DNA of 63,430 nt, the filler included, from Folioceros fuciformis (taxonomy: Eukaryota), in assembly GCA_049999805.1 (NCBI GenBank). It is 11 parts of 11 records of this genome, joined end to end, with 100 filler letters (N's around TTAATTAATTAA, not from the genome) between each part and the next. Parts side by side here need not be neighbours in the genome. Positions count along the whole stretch, not along the records: positions 7,917 to 20,496 come from JBNGIO010001532.1; positions 20,597 to 27,134 come from JBNGIO010001533.1; 9 more parts are not named here. One strand, written 5' to 3'. Below the pieces are notes generated by a model, which was given only the letters and a program-made list of their open reading frames with translations, searched no databases and had not been told where the DNA came from. The first letter of the stretch is position 1, and every line of letters begins with the position of its first letter. Below are positions 11,701-21,429 of the stretch, piece by piece. Made by a program: the position numbers and the translations under genes.

Positions 11701-14700
11701 GATGAGCCCTTGCAAGGTTGGTTGGATGAGCATTACAGGATTATGCTTAAGGTTGTTCGGGAAAGGCTTCTTAGGGAGCACGTACTTGAGGAGAGAAGTA
11801 AGGAATTTGAGAGAAAGCAGATTCAGAAGTTGGGGTCGGAGCTGGAGAGTGATAGCGTGGACAGAGGATCCAGTTCCTCAAGAGGAGCGGTGGGTGGCCA
11901 GGGATTAGGTTCGCCCGAGTGGGAAGCTATGCATCGGGAGATGTTCAGGACGTACTATAAGGAGTGCACAGATCTTATACCAGATGAGGGTTCTGGGGCC
12001 TGCCAGCATGGCCGTCAATCCGGATTTAAGCCAAGTGTTGATCGTGCTTCGATAATGTCAGTGAGGGCAACAACATTAAAAGTTTTGCTTACAAACATTC
12101 CAGGCGGCAGGCATGGAATGCTTCAGAGAATCAGAGAGCTTGACTGTGTCAGCCCTGATCTGCAAGTTCCTTTCTCCACTATATATGGTTATCATTTGGA
12201 CATAGATGCAACTTCCCTGGTCTTGCGATTGAGGAACTACACATTGCCTATGCTGTCTGCCATCAGTGGCAAAGCGGCTGGTGACGTGATTTTGGCAAAG
12301 CAAGGAACTGTTTTTCCAAAGCAGGTAGAGCAGGAGCTGTACATTGGGCAATGGCGGAGAATTAGGATGTTGCGGTCAATCAGCGGCTCATCACCGCCTC
12401 TCAAGATGTACTCGGAGCTGCGTATAGAACTCAATTGTGGGAGGGTATGTTACGGAGTGGGATTTGAACCTGCACTAGCTGATGTCAGTTATGCACTAAG
12501 CATTGCTATGAAAAAGGCCAATCTAAGTCCAAGGAAGTTGGACAACGTGGTTCCTGTGAAAAAAGAGAGAAGCCTACCCTGGTGGGATGACATGCGGTAC
12601 TATGTACATGGCAAGAACAGCATCGCAGTGACTGACTTCAGGTTGAATTGCTTGGCAACGACAGATCCCTATGAGAACACAGAAATGCTAGTGTTTGCAT
12701 CAAAAAGTATGACTTTCATGCAGACAGAAGGATCTGTCTCTGCTTATGGTAAGGAGTTTGCTCTTATTATCAATCAAGAGGGTGGGACCTTAAATCAGAT
12801 CGGTTGTAAGCAGAAGCGAGTCTTCCTGCGTGCACCCATCTTTGAGTTGGATATCAAGATTGAATGGGAGAGTGACTCCGGAGAGCCTCTTCAGCACTAC
12901 CTTCATGCACTTCCTGGAGAGCTTGATGCCCGTGAGAAGGTGTACGATCCTTTTCGGTCCTACTTTCTGGCTCTAGGATGGAGCTTCCGTTTCAAGGAAC
13001 ACTATGCCCGATTTTCAGGTGAAGATCCACCAGCCTCTTGTGCTTTCCGTGTGGCGAGCTTTCGGAAAGTTAACGATCTACATGTTGGCACTGCCAGAAA
13101 GGATACACTGCTCAGAGTGCCCAAGGATGTCCAGTCACTCCTTTCCCTTGAGAAGTTAGAAGACTCCTTTGTGATGAGTGTGCCAATCATGCATTTGAGT
13201 GCGTACAACCTAATGTGGATCTTTAAGTGGTGGAACCTGGTATACAGCCCTCCTCACAAGCTCCGGTCCTTTTCGAAGTGGCCTCGCTTTGGCGTTCCTC
13301 GGGTTGCTCGGTCAGGAAATCTTGCTCTTGACAAGGTGTTGTGCGAGTTCCTGCTGAGAGTGGATTCCACGCCTGCTTGTGTTGAGCATGCGTCACTTGG
13401 GGATGATGATCCAGCAGATGGTCTCACGTTTAATACTACAAGTTTGAAGTATGATATTTTTTACAGCCGTGCATTCCATAGACAGCATCCTGAAAGAAGA
13501 GATGTCCTTGAGGTGGCATACCAAGGGCTGGACATACATATGCTCAAGGTCAAGCTGGATAGGAGTCCTGCAGCATCTGTCTCCGAAGAGGCCCTGCTAC
13601 AAGCCATAAAAAAAGCTGCAAGAGTGAATTATCTAGTGGGTTTGCAGGAAGTATCTTCTGATGACATATTCAGAGGATTAGGGATTGATAATGCCAGTGA
13701 TGATGGATTCCTTCTGAGTACCGACCATTTTAGAACTAGGAGGGAGACACCAAAGGCAGATGCTGGGAGATTGGCTTGGTGGCAAGTTGGTGACAGACAT
13801 CGTTCAAATGGTTTCAGTCACAACGATGCTGGCCACAGTAGTGAGCCCACTAGCGATGATGAAGGGTTTGATGTCGTCGTGCCTGATAACTGCTTGCGAG
13901 TCTCTGTATATGAATTAAAGCTTTTATGGACAATCGGCAATCGGGATGCTGTTTGGGCATGGGTTGGTGAAATCTCCAAGGCCTTCGAGTCTCATAAACC
14001 GTCACCATCTAGGCAGTATGCACAGCGGAAGAAGCTGGAAGGCGCATGCGGAACGAAAATTGAAGATCTTCTGCAAAGGCAGCCGGATGAGGCTGACACG
14101 GTACCGAGGACACTTGCGGGTGCATCATCTCCTGTACCTAGCAAGCTGGAGCACTCTGATGTATCACCTCCTGTGCCTAGCAGGCTGGAGCACTCTGATG
14201 TATCACCTCCTGTGCCTAGCAAGCTGGAGCACTCTGTCGTTTCGACGCCCAAAGTTGAGGAGGAAAAGCTTCATTTCATGGTGAATGTTGTTCATCCCCA
14301 ATTCAATTTACAATCTGAAGACGCCAAAGGGCGATTCCTGCTAGCAGCAGCAAGTGGAAGGGTGCTGGCAAGGTCCTTCACTGTCCATTCTGCCTACAAG
14401 CTGATGGAAGGAGTGCTGAAAAATGGTATTCCTTCATCAGGGCCTGATCCCATGATACCGTGGAAACGCAGAGAGCTCTCCGTGTGGCTGGAACGTGTCC
14501 ACGCCCATGTGGCTCCTTGTGACGTGGATTTAGGTGCCGGAATCCAGTGGCTACCTAAAATACCTACAAGAACGATAACTGACAGGACTGGCCCGCTTCT
14601 GGAGAGGGTGTTCATGCCTTGTTCGATGTACTTCCAGTACACGCGTCACAAGGGTGACACTTCAGATTGGAAGGCGAAATCTCTGAAGGAGCTTTCATTT

Positions 14701-16662
14701 AATTCCTCTAACATTATTGCAAATATGACATCTAGACAGTTTCAGGTCATGGTAGACATCATTGGTAATCTACTCCTTGCAAGGCTGCCGAAGCCAAGAA
14801 AAAACAGCTTTTTGCATCCCGACGAGGAAGATGAAGACGATGATACTGAGGAAGAGGCAGATGAAGTGGTACCAGAGGGTGTGGAGGAAGTGGAACTTGC
14901 TCGCATCAGACTGGAACATACTGAGAGGAGGTGTCACCTGGTCTTTGATGATATAAGAGCAATCAAACAGCGCAGAGGAAGTGAGGAGGAGGGGGAATGT
15001 GAGGATATGGATGCTTTGGTGGAAAAGCTAGAACTTGATCATGCTATCAAATGCAAGGCTCGACGAGCAGCAAGGACGTCATTGAGAACTGCCCTTCAAA
15101 GGGCAGCACAGCAACGGCTGATGGAGAAGGAAAAGAACAAGGCCCCCTCTGCAGCAATGAGCATTTCTTGGGCTATAGACCAAGTCGTTTGGAGCATGCT
15201 CGGGGATGGAAGACCCTTTGCTGAAGCTGAGATAAGTGACATGATCTTGCATGTGGACCGTGATTTCAATGATCATGGTGTCGCACTCTTCAGCATGAAG
15301 TCATTTGTTGTCCGAGACTGTCTTTTAAATGTGACGTCAAATGTGCCTCAAGCTTCACTGTTGTCTGCTTGGAATCCACCAGTCGATTGGGGTAGACATT
15401 TTATGCTTAGGGTCTTCGCAAAGCAAGGTGTTCCGAAAGATGGACATTCACCACTGGAGCTTTTCGAAGTGGATGTATTTCCTTTGAAGATTCACCTAAC
15501 CGAAGCCATGTACAGGATGATGTGGGCGTATTTTTTTCCTGAGGATGATGAAAACTCTCAGGAGCGGCAAGAGGCTCGAAGACTTTCTGCAATATCTGTG
15601 TCAAAGCGCGTCAAGTCCACAGCTCCCTCCGTCGGGGACAAGGGACCAGAAACACAGAGTGACTCTCTGGTGAGGTCCGGTTCAGGAATGCAGAATGCCC
15701 AGTCTGGGCTGTTGGAGCATCTCTCAGCCAGGGAGGCCTATTGTATATCCACTGATCAGCCTTCGGAGGTTCGTAGACTTCAGGTGGGGCGAGGATCGGC
15801 GAGGCTGAAGGAGAAAGAGACAGAAAAGGAGGTGGAGAAGGAAAAAGAGAGACATAAGGATAAGGAAAAAGAAAAGGAAAAGGACAGTAGGAGATCAAGC
15901 AGAGAGCATAAGTCTTTCTCTTTGGAAGAAAAGGATGCCAGAGTAGCCAGAAAGAGTTTCCTGGAGTTCCACAACATTAAGATTAGTCAGGTGGAGCTTA
16001 TTGTAACATACGAGGGGTCAAGGTTTGCTGTCAATGACCTGCGCCTTCTGATGGATGCATTTGCACGTCCCGAGTTCACCGGATCTTGGCGCAGACTGTT
16101 TGCCCAGGTGAAAAAGCATATCATTTGGAGCGTGCTCAAGTCAGTAACGGGAATGCAGGGTAAGAAGTTCAAAGACAAGTTGCCAGCTCAAGATCAAGTG
16201 GACTCAGGTCGCTATGAAGTTTATGATTCCAACTCCAGTGACAGCGGTGGCAGTAACTTGAAAGACATTTATTCCCTGACACAGCACAAGCGGCACAGTG
16301 ATCGTGCAGGTGCAGCATTTGTGTCATCTGTGAAAGGGCTCTTCAATTCTCAGCGGAAAAAAGCAGTAGCACTGGTTCGGAGGACCATTCCAGGAGATGG
16401 AGACTTGCAAGGTGACTGGAGCGAAGGTGAGGTGGACAATGTTTCTAAACACGGTAGTATCAGCAAGGCAAAGCAACTCTTCAGAACACATGCGAATAAG
16501 CTTCCCTTCCTTCCGTCCAGAAGGCAAGCGAAGAAATTGCGTTCAACGATAAGGATTCATGGTGTAACTACCTTTGGGGAAAGGTTGCATGTAGCCTCGT
16601 CACATCCGTCCTCAGATGAGGAGTCAGACGGATCTTCAACATACGAGAACCCAATGGAGTAG
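8713..16662 (+). CDS. SAB: SABRE/KINKY POLLEN-like bridge-like lipid transfer protein (BLTP2/Hobbit/FMP27 family), single exon
   Basis: 2649-aa ORF with an N-terminal TM anchor (MDLTPDKLLWLLLIV...) and family motifs EPLQGWLDEHY, LPWWDDMRYYVHG, VYDPFRS, PQFNLQSEDAKGRFLL, LMEKEKNK and VKKHIIWSVLKSVTGMQGKKFK. Confidence 0.93.
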   Translation: MDLTPDKLLWLLLIVAIVGWLVFNFFAKVVGLILKKVLGLVVLRFRLASLGCVKDVFVQFKRGGLASISIGEMRLRRHKQGIRRLWDWRLQLSVGDIEIVMRSSQTVKKAPGKSSTRRKSSSGRTTWLMATKLANYVNFSLTDIVIRASEEPKVSVEIKDVGLDLRKEDAAVVSVGFKLVVVPVLVYLGDKHVVTDASLLADGAVGNEGHKAPMTCIPPVFTLESTLVEGSLYYDSEAGMSVRQLEVECGNAILHLEEANLLGLMSLRGKKSSAQPHGAVGVSELAEGSKDGSRVQEMESKKGSAGLSAQRRAIVLPEHLRFRLSMLCINFSQKASSLILENRIMGIQLQGMRCPSALAGERSQLDVQVDVGGVYLLRGKRRALLEILKVAVAGCLEVPSALQEPVKLELDVKLGGLQLNMVLTTIMQCLNFGAGLLSNGQGRPKVVSADHFSTTNEVLKAKLTRKFVWGCSFSAPELAMTFSGSDDSQIFQASSQTAHLYLNSMTSEGLKCHCELGEIEITSVEYLTSRLRSCLPAEGENDCCWMRLSHLEVEWGVTESDSDAKLMLVMKSRVCALFVTLDRLQTILLCSSDFERSLNQVVSALRKSRPKNRVIGGPRRRSGLRNVKFSLDGFTLHFSEPHQVHSTKVQDPKKFNYGEPLGQIVITKMPDGRPREAMVFAELNGSEESMINCMVLAEITSFEFCLDKDAESIMVHVIRGHIDYQELQPELHPPVHVVTLLSADEACLSLTQGNEVQLTGSKVTCCWTPDVHLFGGQVVLDVKNLLDLRKRIGVRVGAYPVESTAVGNISGDMAGKTNENTPELDKRGKPKLRLCLGIKGFGLQADLADGVTLKVHADTLSSESAGTEVSLGNVEARFNNSKVLGALILKISRIPFISSDVCEPTAGTHAVVQTRRDWEWVVEGRGVRLTLAYSLQLRAIDDAVEDTWRGLKLALAAQKSRMRPGQPSQLPKQKSAGSVSVAAIRFVMDDILAEIEDEPLQGWLDEHYRIMLKVVRERLLREHVLEERSKEFERKQIQKLGSELESDSVDRGSSSSRGAVGGQGLGSPEWEAMHREMFRTYYKECTDLIPDEGSGACQHGRQSGFKPSVDRASIMSVRATTLKVLLTNIPGGRHGMLQRIRELDCVSPDLQVPFSTIYGYHLDIDATSLVLRLRNYTLPMLSAISGKAAGDVILAKQGTVFPKQVEQELYIGQWRRIRMLRSISGSSPPLKMYSELRIELNCGRVCYGVGFEPALADVSYALSIAMKKANLSPRKLDNVVPVKKERSLPWWDDMRYYVHGKNSIAVTDFRLNCLATTDPYENTEMLVFASKSMTFMQTEGSVSAYGKEFALIINQEGGTLNQIGCKQKRVFLRAPIFELDIKIEWESDSGEPLQHYLHALPGELDAREKVYDPFRSYFLALGWSFRFKEHYARFSGEDPPASCAFRVASFRKVNDLHVGTARKDTLLRVPKDVQSLLSLEKLEDSFVMSVPIMHLSAYNLMWIFKWWNLVYSPPHKLRSFSKWPRFGVPRVARSGNLALDKVLCEFLLRVDSTPACVEHASLGDDDPADGLTFNTTSLKYDIFYSRAFHRQHPERRDVLEVAYQGLDIHMLKVKLDRSPAASVSEEALLQAIKKAARVNYLVGLQEVSSDDIFRGLGIDNASDDGFLLSTDHFRTRRETPKADAGRLAWWQVGDRHRSNGFSHNDAGHSSEPTSDDEGFDVVVPDNCLRVSVYELKLLWTIGNRDAVWAWVGEISKAFESHKPSPSRQYAQRKKLEGACGTKIEDLLQRQPDEADTVPRTLAGASSPVPSKLEHSDVSPPVPSRLEHSDVSPPVPSKLEHSVVSTPKVEEEKLHFMVNVVHPQFNLQSEDAKGRFLLAAASGRVLARSFTVHSAYKLMEGVLKNGIPSSGPDPMIPWKRRELSVWLERVHAHVAPCDVDLGAGIQWLPKIPTRTITDRTGPLLERVFMPCSMYFQYTRHKGDTSDWKAKSLKELSFNSSNIIANMTSRQFQVMVDIIGNLLLARLPKPRKNSFLHPDEEDEDDDTEEEADEVVPEGVEEVELARIRLEHTERRCHLVFDDIRAIKQRRGSEEEGECEDMDALVEKLELDHAIKCKARRAARTSLRTALQRAAQQRLMEKEKNKAPSAAMSISWAIDQVVWSMLGDGRPFAEAEISDMILHVDRDFNDHGVALFSMKSFVVRDCLLNVTSNVPQASLLSAWNPPVDWGRHFMLRVFAKQGVPKDGHSPLELFEVDVFPLKIHLTEAMYRMMWAYFFPEDDENSQERQEARRLSAISVSKRVKSTAPSVGDKGPETQSDSLVRSGSGMQNAQSGLLEHLSAREAYCISTDQPSEVRRLQVGRGSARLKEKETEKEVEKEKERHKDKEKEKEKDSRRSSREHKSFSLEEKDARVARKSFLEFHNIKISQVELIVTYEGSRFAVNDLRLLMDAFARPEFTGSWRRLFAQVKKHIIWSVLKSVTGMQGKKFKDKLPAQDQVDSGRYEVYDSNSSDSGGSNLKDIYSLTQHKRHSDRAGAAFVSSVKGLFNSQRKKAVALVRRTIPGDGDLQGDWSEGEVDNVSKHGSISKAKQLFRTHANKLPFLPSRRQAKKLRSTIRIHGVTTFGERLHVASSHPSSDEESDGSSTYENPME
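14125..14237 (+). repeat. 39-bp in-frame tandem repeat, ~3 copies (SPPVPSKLEHSDV), inside SABRE
   Basis: Units start at 14125, 14164 and 14203. Confidence 0.95.
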
Positions 16663-17262
16663 CCGAGAACCGAGGCAAAGGTGGAATATGATGCACGTTG
16701 TTTTGATGCACGTGTGGGTCTCGAGTATTAAAAGGCTGAGGCCTTCAGCATCCTTTTTCTAGCCAGTGGTATGTACCCCTGACCTGCCCAAAGGTCGAGC
16801 TCTGCGATCAGAAATGTCCCTTATGTGCAGGATGTATGTGGAATGGGGCTTTGTTGCTTGATCCTTTTGGTTGCTAACTCGTGGTTGACGGGTTGGTTTT
16901 GCCAGATGAGCAAGGTGCACCTGGTGAAACGGCCAGTTTGTTGCAGGTATGTTTTTATTAAGATTATTTTCTCTTGCCCGAAGAGGACCTTGATCCAAAT
17001 AGGAGAAGGACATGTTGTAGGGTATTCTTTTGGGCTAAAGGCAAGCCCTTCATTGGTTGACGGCACACACTGTTTTCCGGGTAATACAAAAAACGGCACA
17101 CAGTTGAGGTGGCCTCGTGCATTCAAATTTTGGGGAGAAAGCTAGCTCGTGTTTGGTGAGGAATAGTCAGTGCCCACCTGAAGTGAAGGCAATGGCTCTG
17201 TTCTGAAGCTCTGGTTGAAATTCATCACCGACATCTCGTGTGGTTGAGGAATGCTAGGTCTT

Positions 17263-18960
17263 TCAGAGCATGTAAAGATCCGCAGTGAGCCTCGGCTCGA
17301 ATGAAACCCCAAACTGCAGCCCTTCGTTCAGCGTATCATTAGGCAGAACCTCCCAAAGGGCAGTAATAAAGCTGTACCGCATTGCAATGCGGTGTCTTCC
17401 TTGTGTCCAAATCGGGTATCTTGCAATGGTTACGTAATTTTTGGCTCCAGTGACTGCAAACGTGTCTCCGTCCATTTGGTGCCTCATCATTGCATCATAC
17501 ATTTGCACCTGTATTCAGTTGATGCCCCGTCTTGAGAACTCGATGAAACTTGAGTGAACTTCCAGTATGGTTTCACGTTGAAGGTCAGATTACTTACTGG
17601 CATAACTGTGGCCGTGTGCCAGGCGCCCTCTGACTTGTTGGCGTGGTCCTCGTGAATGAGCTGCCAAATAGTGATGGAATTGGAGAAGCCTTCAGTGATC
17701 TCTGCAATGCAGAAAATATTGCCCTCTGATTCCACTAATGAAGACTCCCGCAAGTCATTCTTCCACACTGCTGGCATGGGCACATGAATCTTGGACCAGG
17801 GTGTCTTATCAAACTCACGATTTCCTGCAGAACAACAGAGGTGCAACTCAGGGCCATTGTTCAATACGGGCAGATTAGGTCCAGCCTGGCTGATTGTAAA
17901 TAGTCGGCTACCTGCTCCACTTACCAGGCACATCCAACTTTGGCAACTTGTAACAAAGAAGCCAATTCATTCTGGGATCCGATCCCTGCCAGTAACCCCA
18001 GTACAGACTACCATTCCGGCGTACACTGAAGCATACGCAGCTTCCGATGTTGAAGTCCTTGACATTGAATTTCTCTACCGTCCAGGCATCTGTGGCTGAC
18101 CTATAGATCTGCACCTCCCCAAAACTGCCCACCTCCTTACCCCCGGAATGCTGAGACCCAACAACTACTACGAAAAATTTCTTGGAATCCTTATCGGCGA
18201 TCAGGCCCACCATGCGGTTCTTTTCCCCAGGCCCCAGCCTAATATTGGGATCTGGAAGCTTCCTAGAATCGGGAGAACAGAATGAGACTGACGGGAACTG
18301 CACGATCCTATGAATCGGGATTCAAGACAACAGCCACACATATCTAACTTGCGACTGTCAAACACAAAGTGTGGAGGACAGGAATCTTAGTATTGCTGTG
18401 GGTTGGATCCTGATTCGTTTCCTTCATCCCCGGAACGCCTGCCCTGCTTAACCTGCTGCCTAACAGTCGGGACAAGATCCCACAAACTGCATACGGTTGA
18501 AAGCATTCACAAACTTTGCACTTGCCCTAAGAGCTTACTTGTATGTTTTGGTGAGCGGATTATGCACGTAGAAGACAGGAAGGCGCCCACCCTTCTCGTA
18601 GTACATGAGCACCAGCCCCTCGTCCGAAGCAATGGGCACCAGCCTCTCAAACTCAGGAATGACTGAAATCTTGTGCAGCGCGTGGAACTTGTGCAAGTTG
18701 AGATCCAAAGCAAACACTTCAGCGGTCTTGTGATTTATGGTGTAAAGCCATTGATCGTCCGGCACCGCAGGGTACTTGACAAACTGGTCCAGAGCCAGCA
18801 GAAATTTCTTTGTGGCCACAAAATCGTTCCAGTTCTTGGTGGCGTTCTGGAACTGGGAGACGAGGCTCGGGTCCTTTTCCATCCATGACAGGATCAAGTT
18901 CTGCAGTGGCTTGGCGAGGTAGGGGAACCACATGGACGCCACGACCTGCGTTTTCGACAT
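17263..18960 (-). CDS. Divergent F-box protein with kelch/FBA-like C-terminus, 4 exons
   Basis: F-box-like N-terminus, IASDEGLV, FYVHNPLTK, QIYRSATDAW, LVESEGNIF and terminal SFEPRL. GTAAG donors and AG acceptors join the four ORF pieces. Confidence 0.7.
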
Positions 18961-21429
18961 TCTCCACGCACTCCAGGGGCAGTGGATTTCAGTGTTGCGC
19001 TGTTCTCTTTGCTCTCGCGGGCAGCCTTCCCAGACGTGTACATACCTACCCACCAATGAGAAACATGAGTGAGATGAGGAACAAGAAGAAGAGAATGTGC
19101 AGTAAGGCTCGAATGACGATGACCCCAACGGGAAAGGGAGCCTCCAAGATCACTTGAAGGGGAGCCTGGACTCGCATTTCCGGCTCCTGATCCTGCCCAT
19201 AAACGCATGATCAAACCAACGATTAGCCACCCAAGGGTCATGGTCCAAGGACCGTGAAAGCCAACCGCCGTGCTGACGTGGCCGCCGGCGGACATATCAC
19301 CGATGTCGTGAAGGCCAAGCTCCCATCCCACCTAGGTGGAGCCTGGGCTTGATTGAAGTAAAAAGACCTTCCCAAAGTGTGGACAGCAAGACAGTTCTAG
19401 ATGGTTGTTTGCATCTCGCCATCGGAGTCGGCAACTTGTATTTCGTCCAGGTTCAGAGGATTCCTTCGTACATAGCTGGCTGCACATTGTCATTTCCTTG
19501 GTCACTCCGTCGACGAGGGAGGGCCAGTAATTCCTAGTATCTGCAGGTCTGGTACCTGCTCCAAGGAGCAGGCAGCACCCGATCCCGAGGACAAACACCC
19601 GAACAGTACCAGTGTCCAAGAGCTCCGCATCTGCGATTCTTTGGCAGCTTCCTCCTGGCCACCACAACACATGTACGAAGGAACGGGAAGCTGCAGTCTG
19701 GTGCTGGACTTCTGGAGGGGGGAAGAACCGGCACTGCAGCTCCAGGCGCTCTGTGGTAGCACTGTCGGGAGAGGACTACATCATCTTCTGTCATTTGAAC
19801 TTTCAAACACCACCAGCCATAATGCACGGAATTCGCATGTCTGCGGCGGCAGTGAGGGCGAGGTGATGTCATTATCGTGCGGAGGCCACATGTTCCCCTC
19901 AATCAAATATACCCTGAATGGTGTCGACCGGGAGTCATTGAATCTGCTCCAATCTCGGCATTCAAGCGCTTGGTTTGGCAAGCTCGATCAAGGCAACTCA
20001 GGCCATCCCATCCCCAGCCGGACTCATCTTGTGTAATTCACTCGGTACGCACACGCTCCAATGCAATGCTGGTTGTGATTTGCGACGGTCGCTTAGGGTT
20101 GAATTGATTGCAAGATCTTCACTGATCTCTCCAGTCAATTCATGCCGCCCTGGATGCTGCGCAGTTGGATATCACGGTTGTCTCACACAGTAGAGATTTC
20201 CAGTTCGAGCCCGTGTGCTGACGTTTGCAGCAACTCATGCCCACCCTAACCTCGCATTCTATGCAGAGATACCCAATCATGTCAGCCCCGAAGAGAAGCT
20301 CGCATTACGCCTCGTCTCAGGTCCTGAATCTCCCTCTCCGCGTGTCTCTCCTGCTTCTGCTTCTGCTTCTGTCGTGTGGCATATCGGCTGCAGCTGGCCG
20401 GCCTCCGCCAGCGCCGGCGCCAGGGGAAGAGGAAGCCGTAGTGCGCGACTATGGCGACTACTACCACTGCGCACCAGGACGGGGACAGGACCATACNNNN
20501 NNNNNNNNNNNNNNNNNNNNNNNNNNNNNNNNNNNNNNNNTTAATTAATTAANNNNNNNNNNNNNNNNNNNNNNNNNNNNNNNNNNNNNNNNNNNNCTGC
20601 GCGACGCGCGCGGCCGGTGCGACTCCCGTGGATGGCGCCGTGACACAGCTCGTGGTCGCGTGCGCGAGATCTGAGCCAGGGAAGATCTCCCCTTTGCTGC
20701 CATCGCGACCTGCATAACCAAAAACGAAAAGTAAGCAGCAATGAAACGACAACCGCCCAACCCGTTTTTCGTTTTTATGCCCATAACTTGTTTTTAACCT
20801 ATTTATTTATTTATTTATTCATATATAGGTTATTTATTCATTTTAAATGCCCTAAATCCATAAAATTACTTCTTTTAAGCAAAAATATTTTCTAACTGAA
20901 CCTCATCCTTATCTCATAGTGAGTGGGAGTGATAAAATAGATACCTTTTTGGGCACTATTCGTTAGGGCAATATAAATACCTAGAATTAAATAAGTATTT
21001 AATTCTAGGGCTAGAAGTAGTTTCCTAGGAGGTTACACAAGTAGTTATTTGTTATTTCGGTTATATTAGTTATAACCACCGATAACCGTTTGTACTATAA
21101 AAACATTTGCTCCAAGCAACATAAGTAATGTAAGCATATCTTAGAGCATGAAATGATTCTCATCAGGTTGGAGTTGGCAAGGTGTTTACTACAACATTCT
21201 ATTTTGTTCACTTATAGCACCTCATTCTTCTACGCCAGCCAAGGATACCTCGTGTCCTGTACGCAATAGTTTGTTCAAAGGGGTGATGGGGTCATGTGTC
21301 ACTTAGTTAAAGTACATAAGGTCTTTGATCGGACTCTTTGGGAGCTATAGGTCAGGTGGGCTTCTTCCATTGTTGCTACTTCTTTCAACTCCTCCTCTAG
21401 GTAGGCCCCTTGCTCCCTCGCATGAATCT

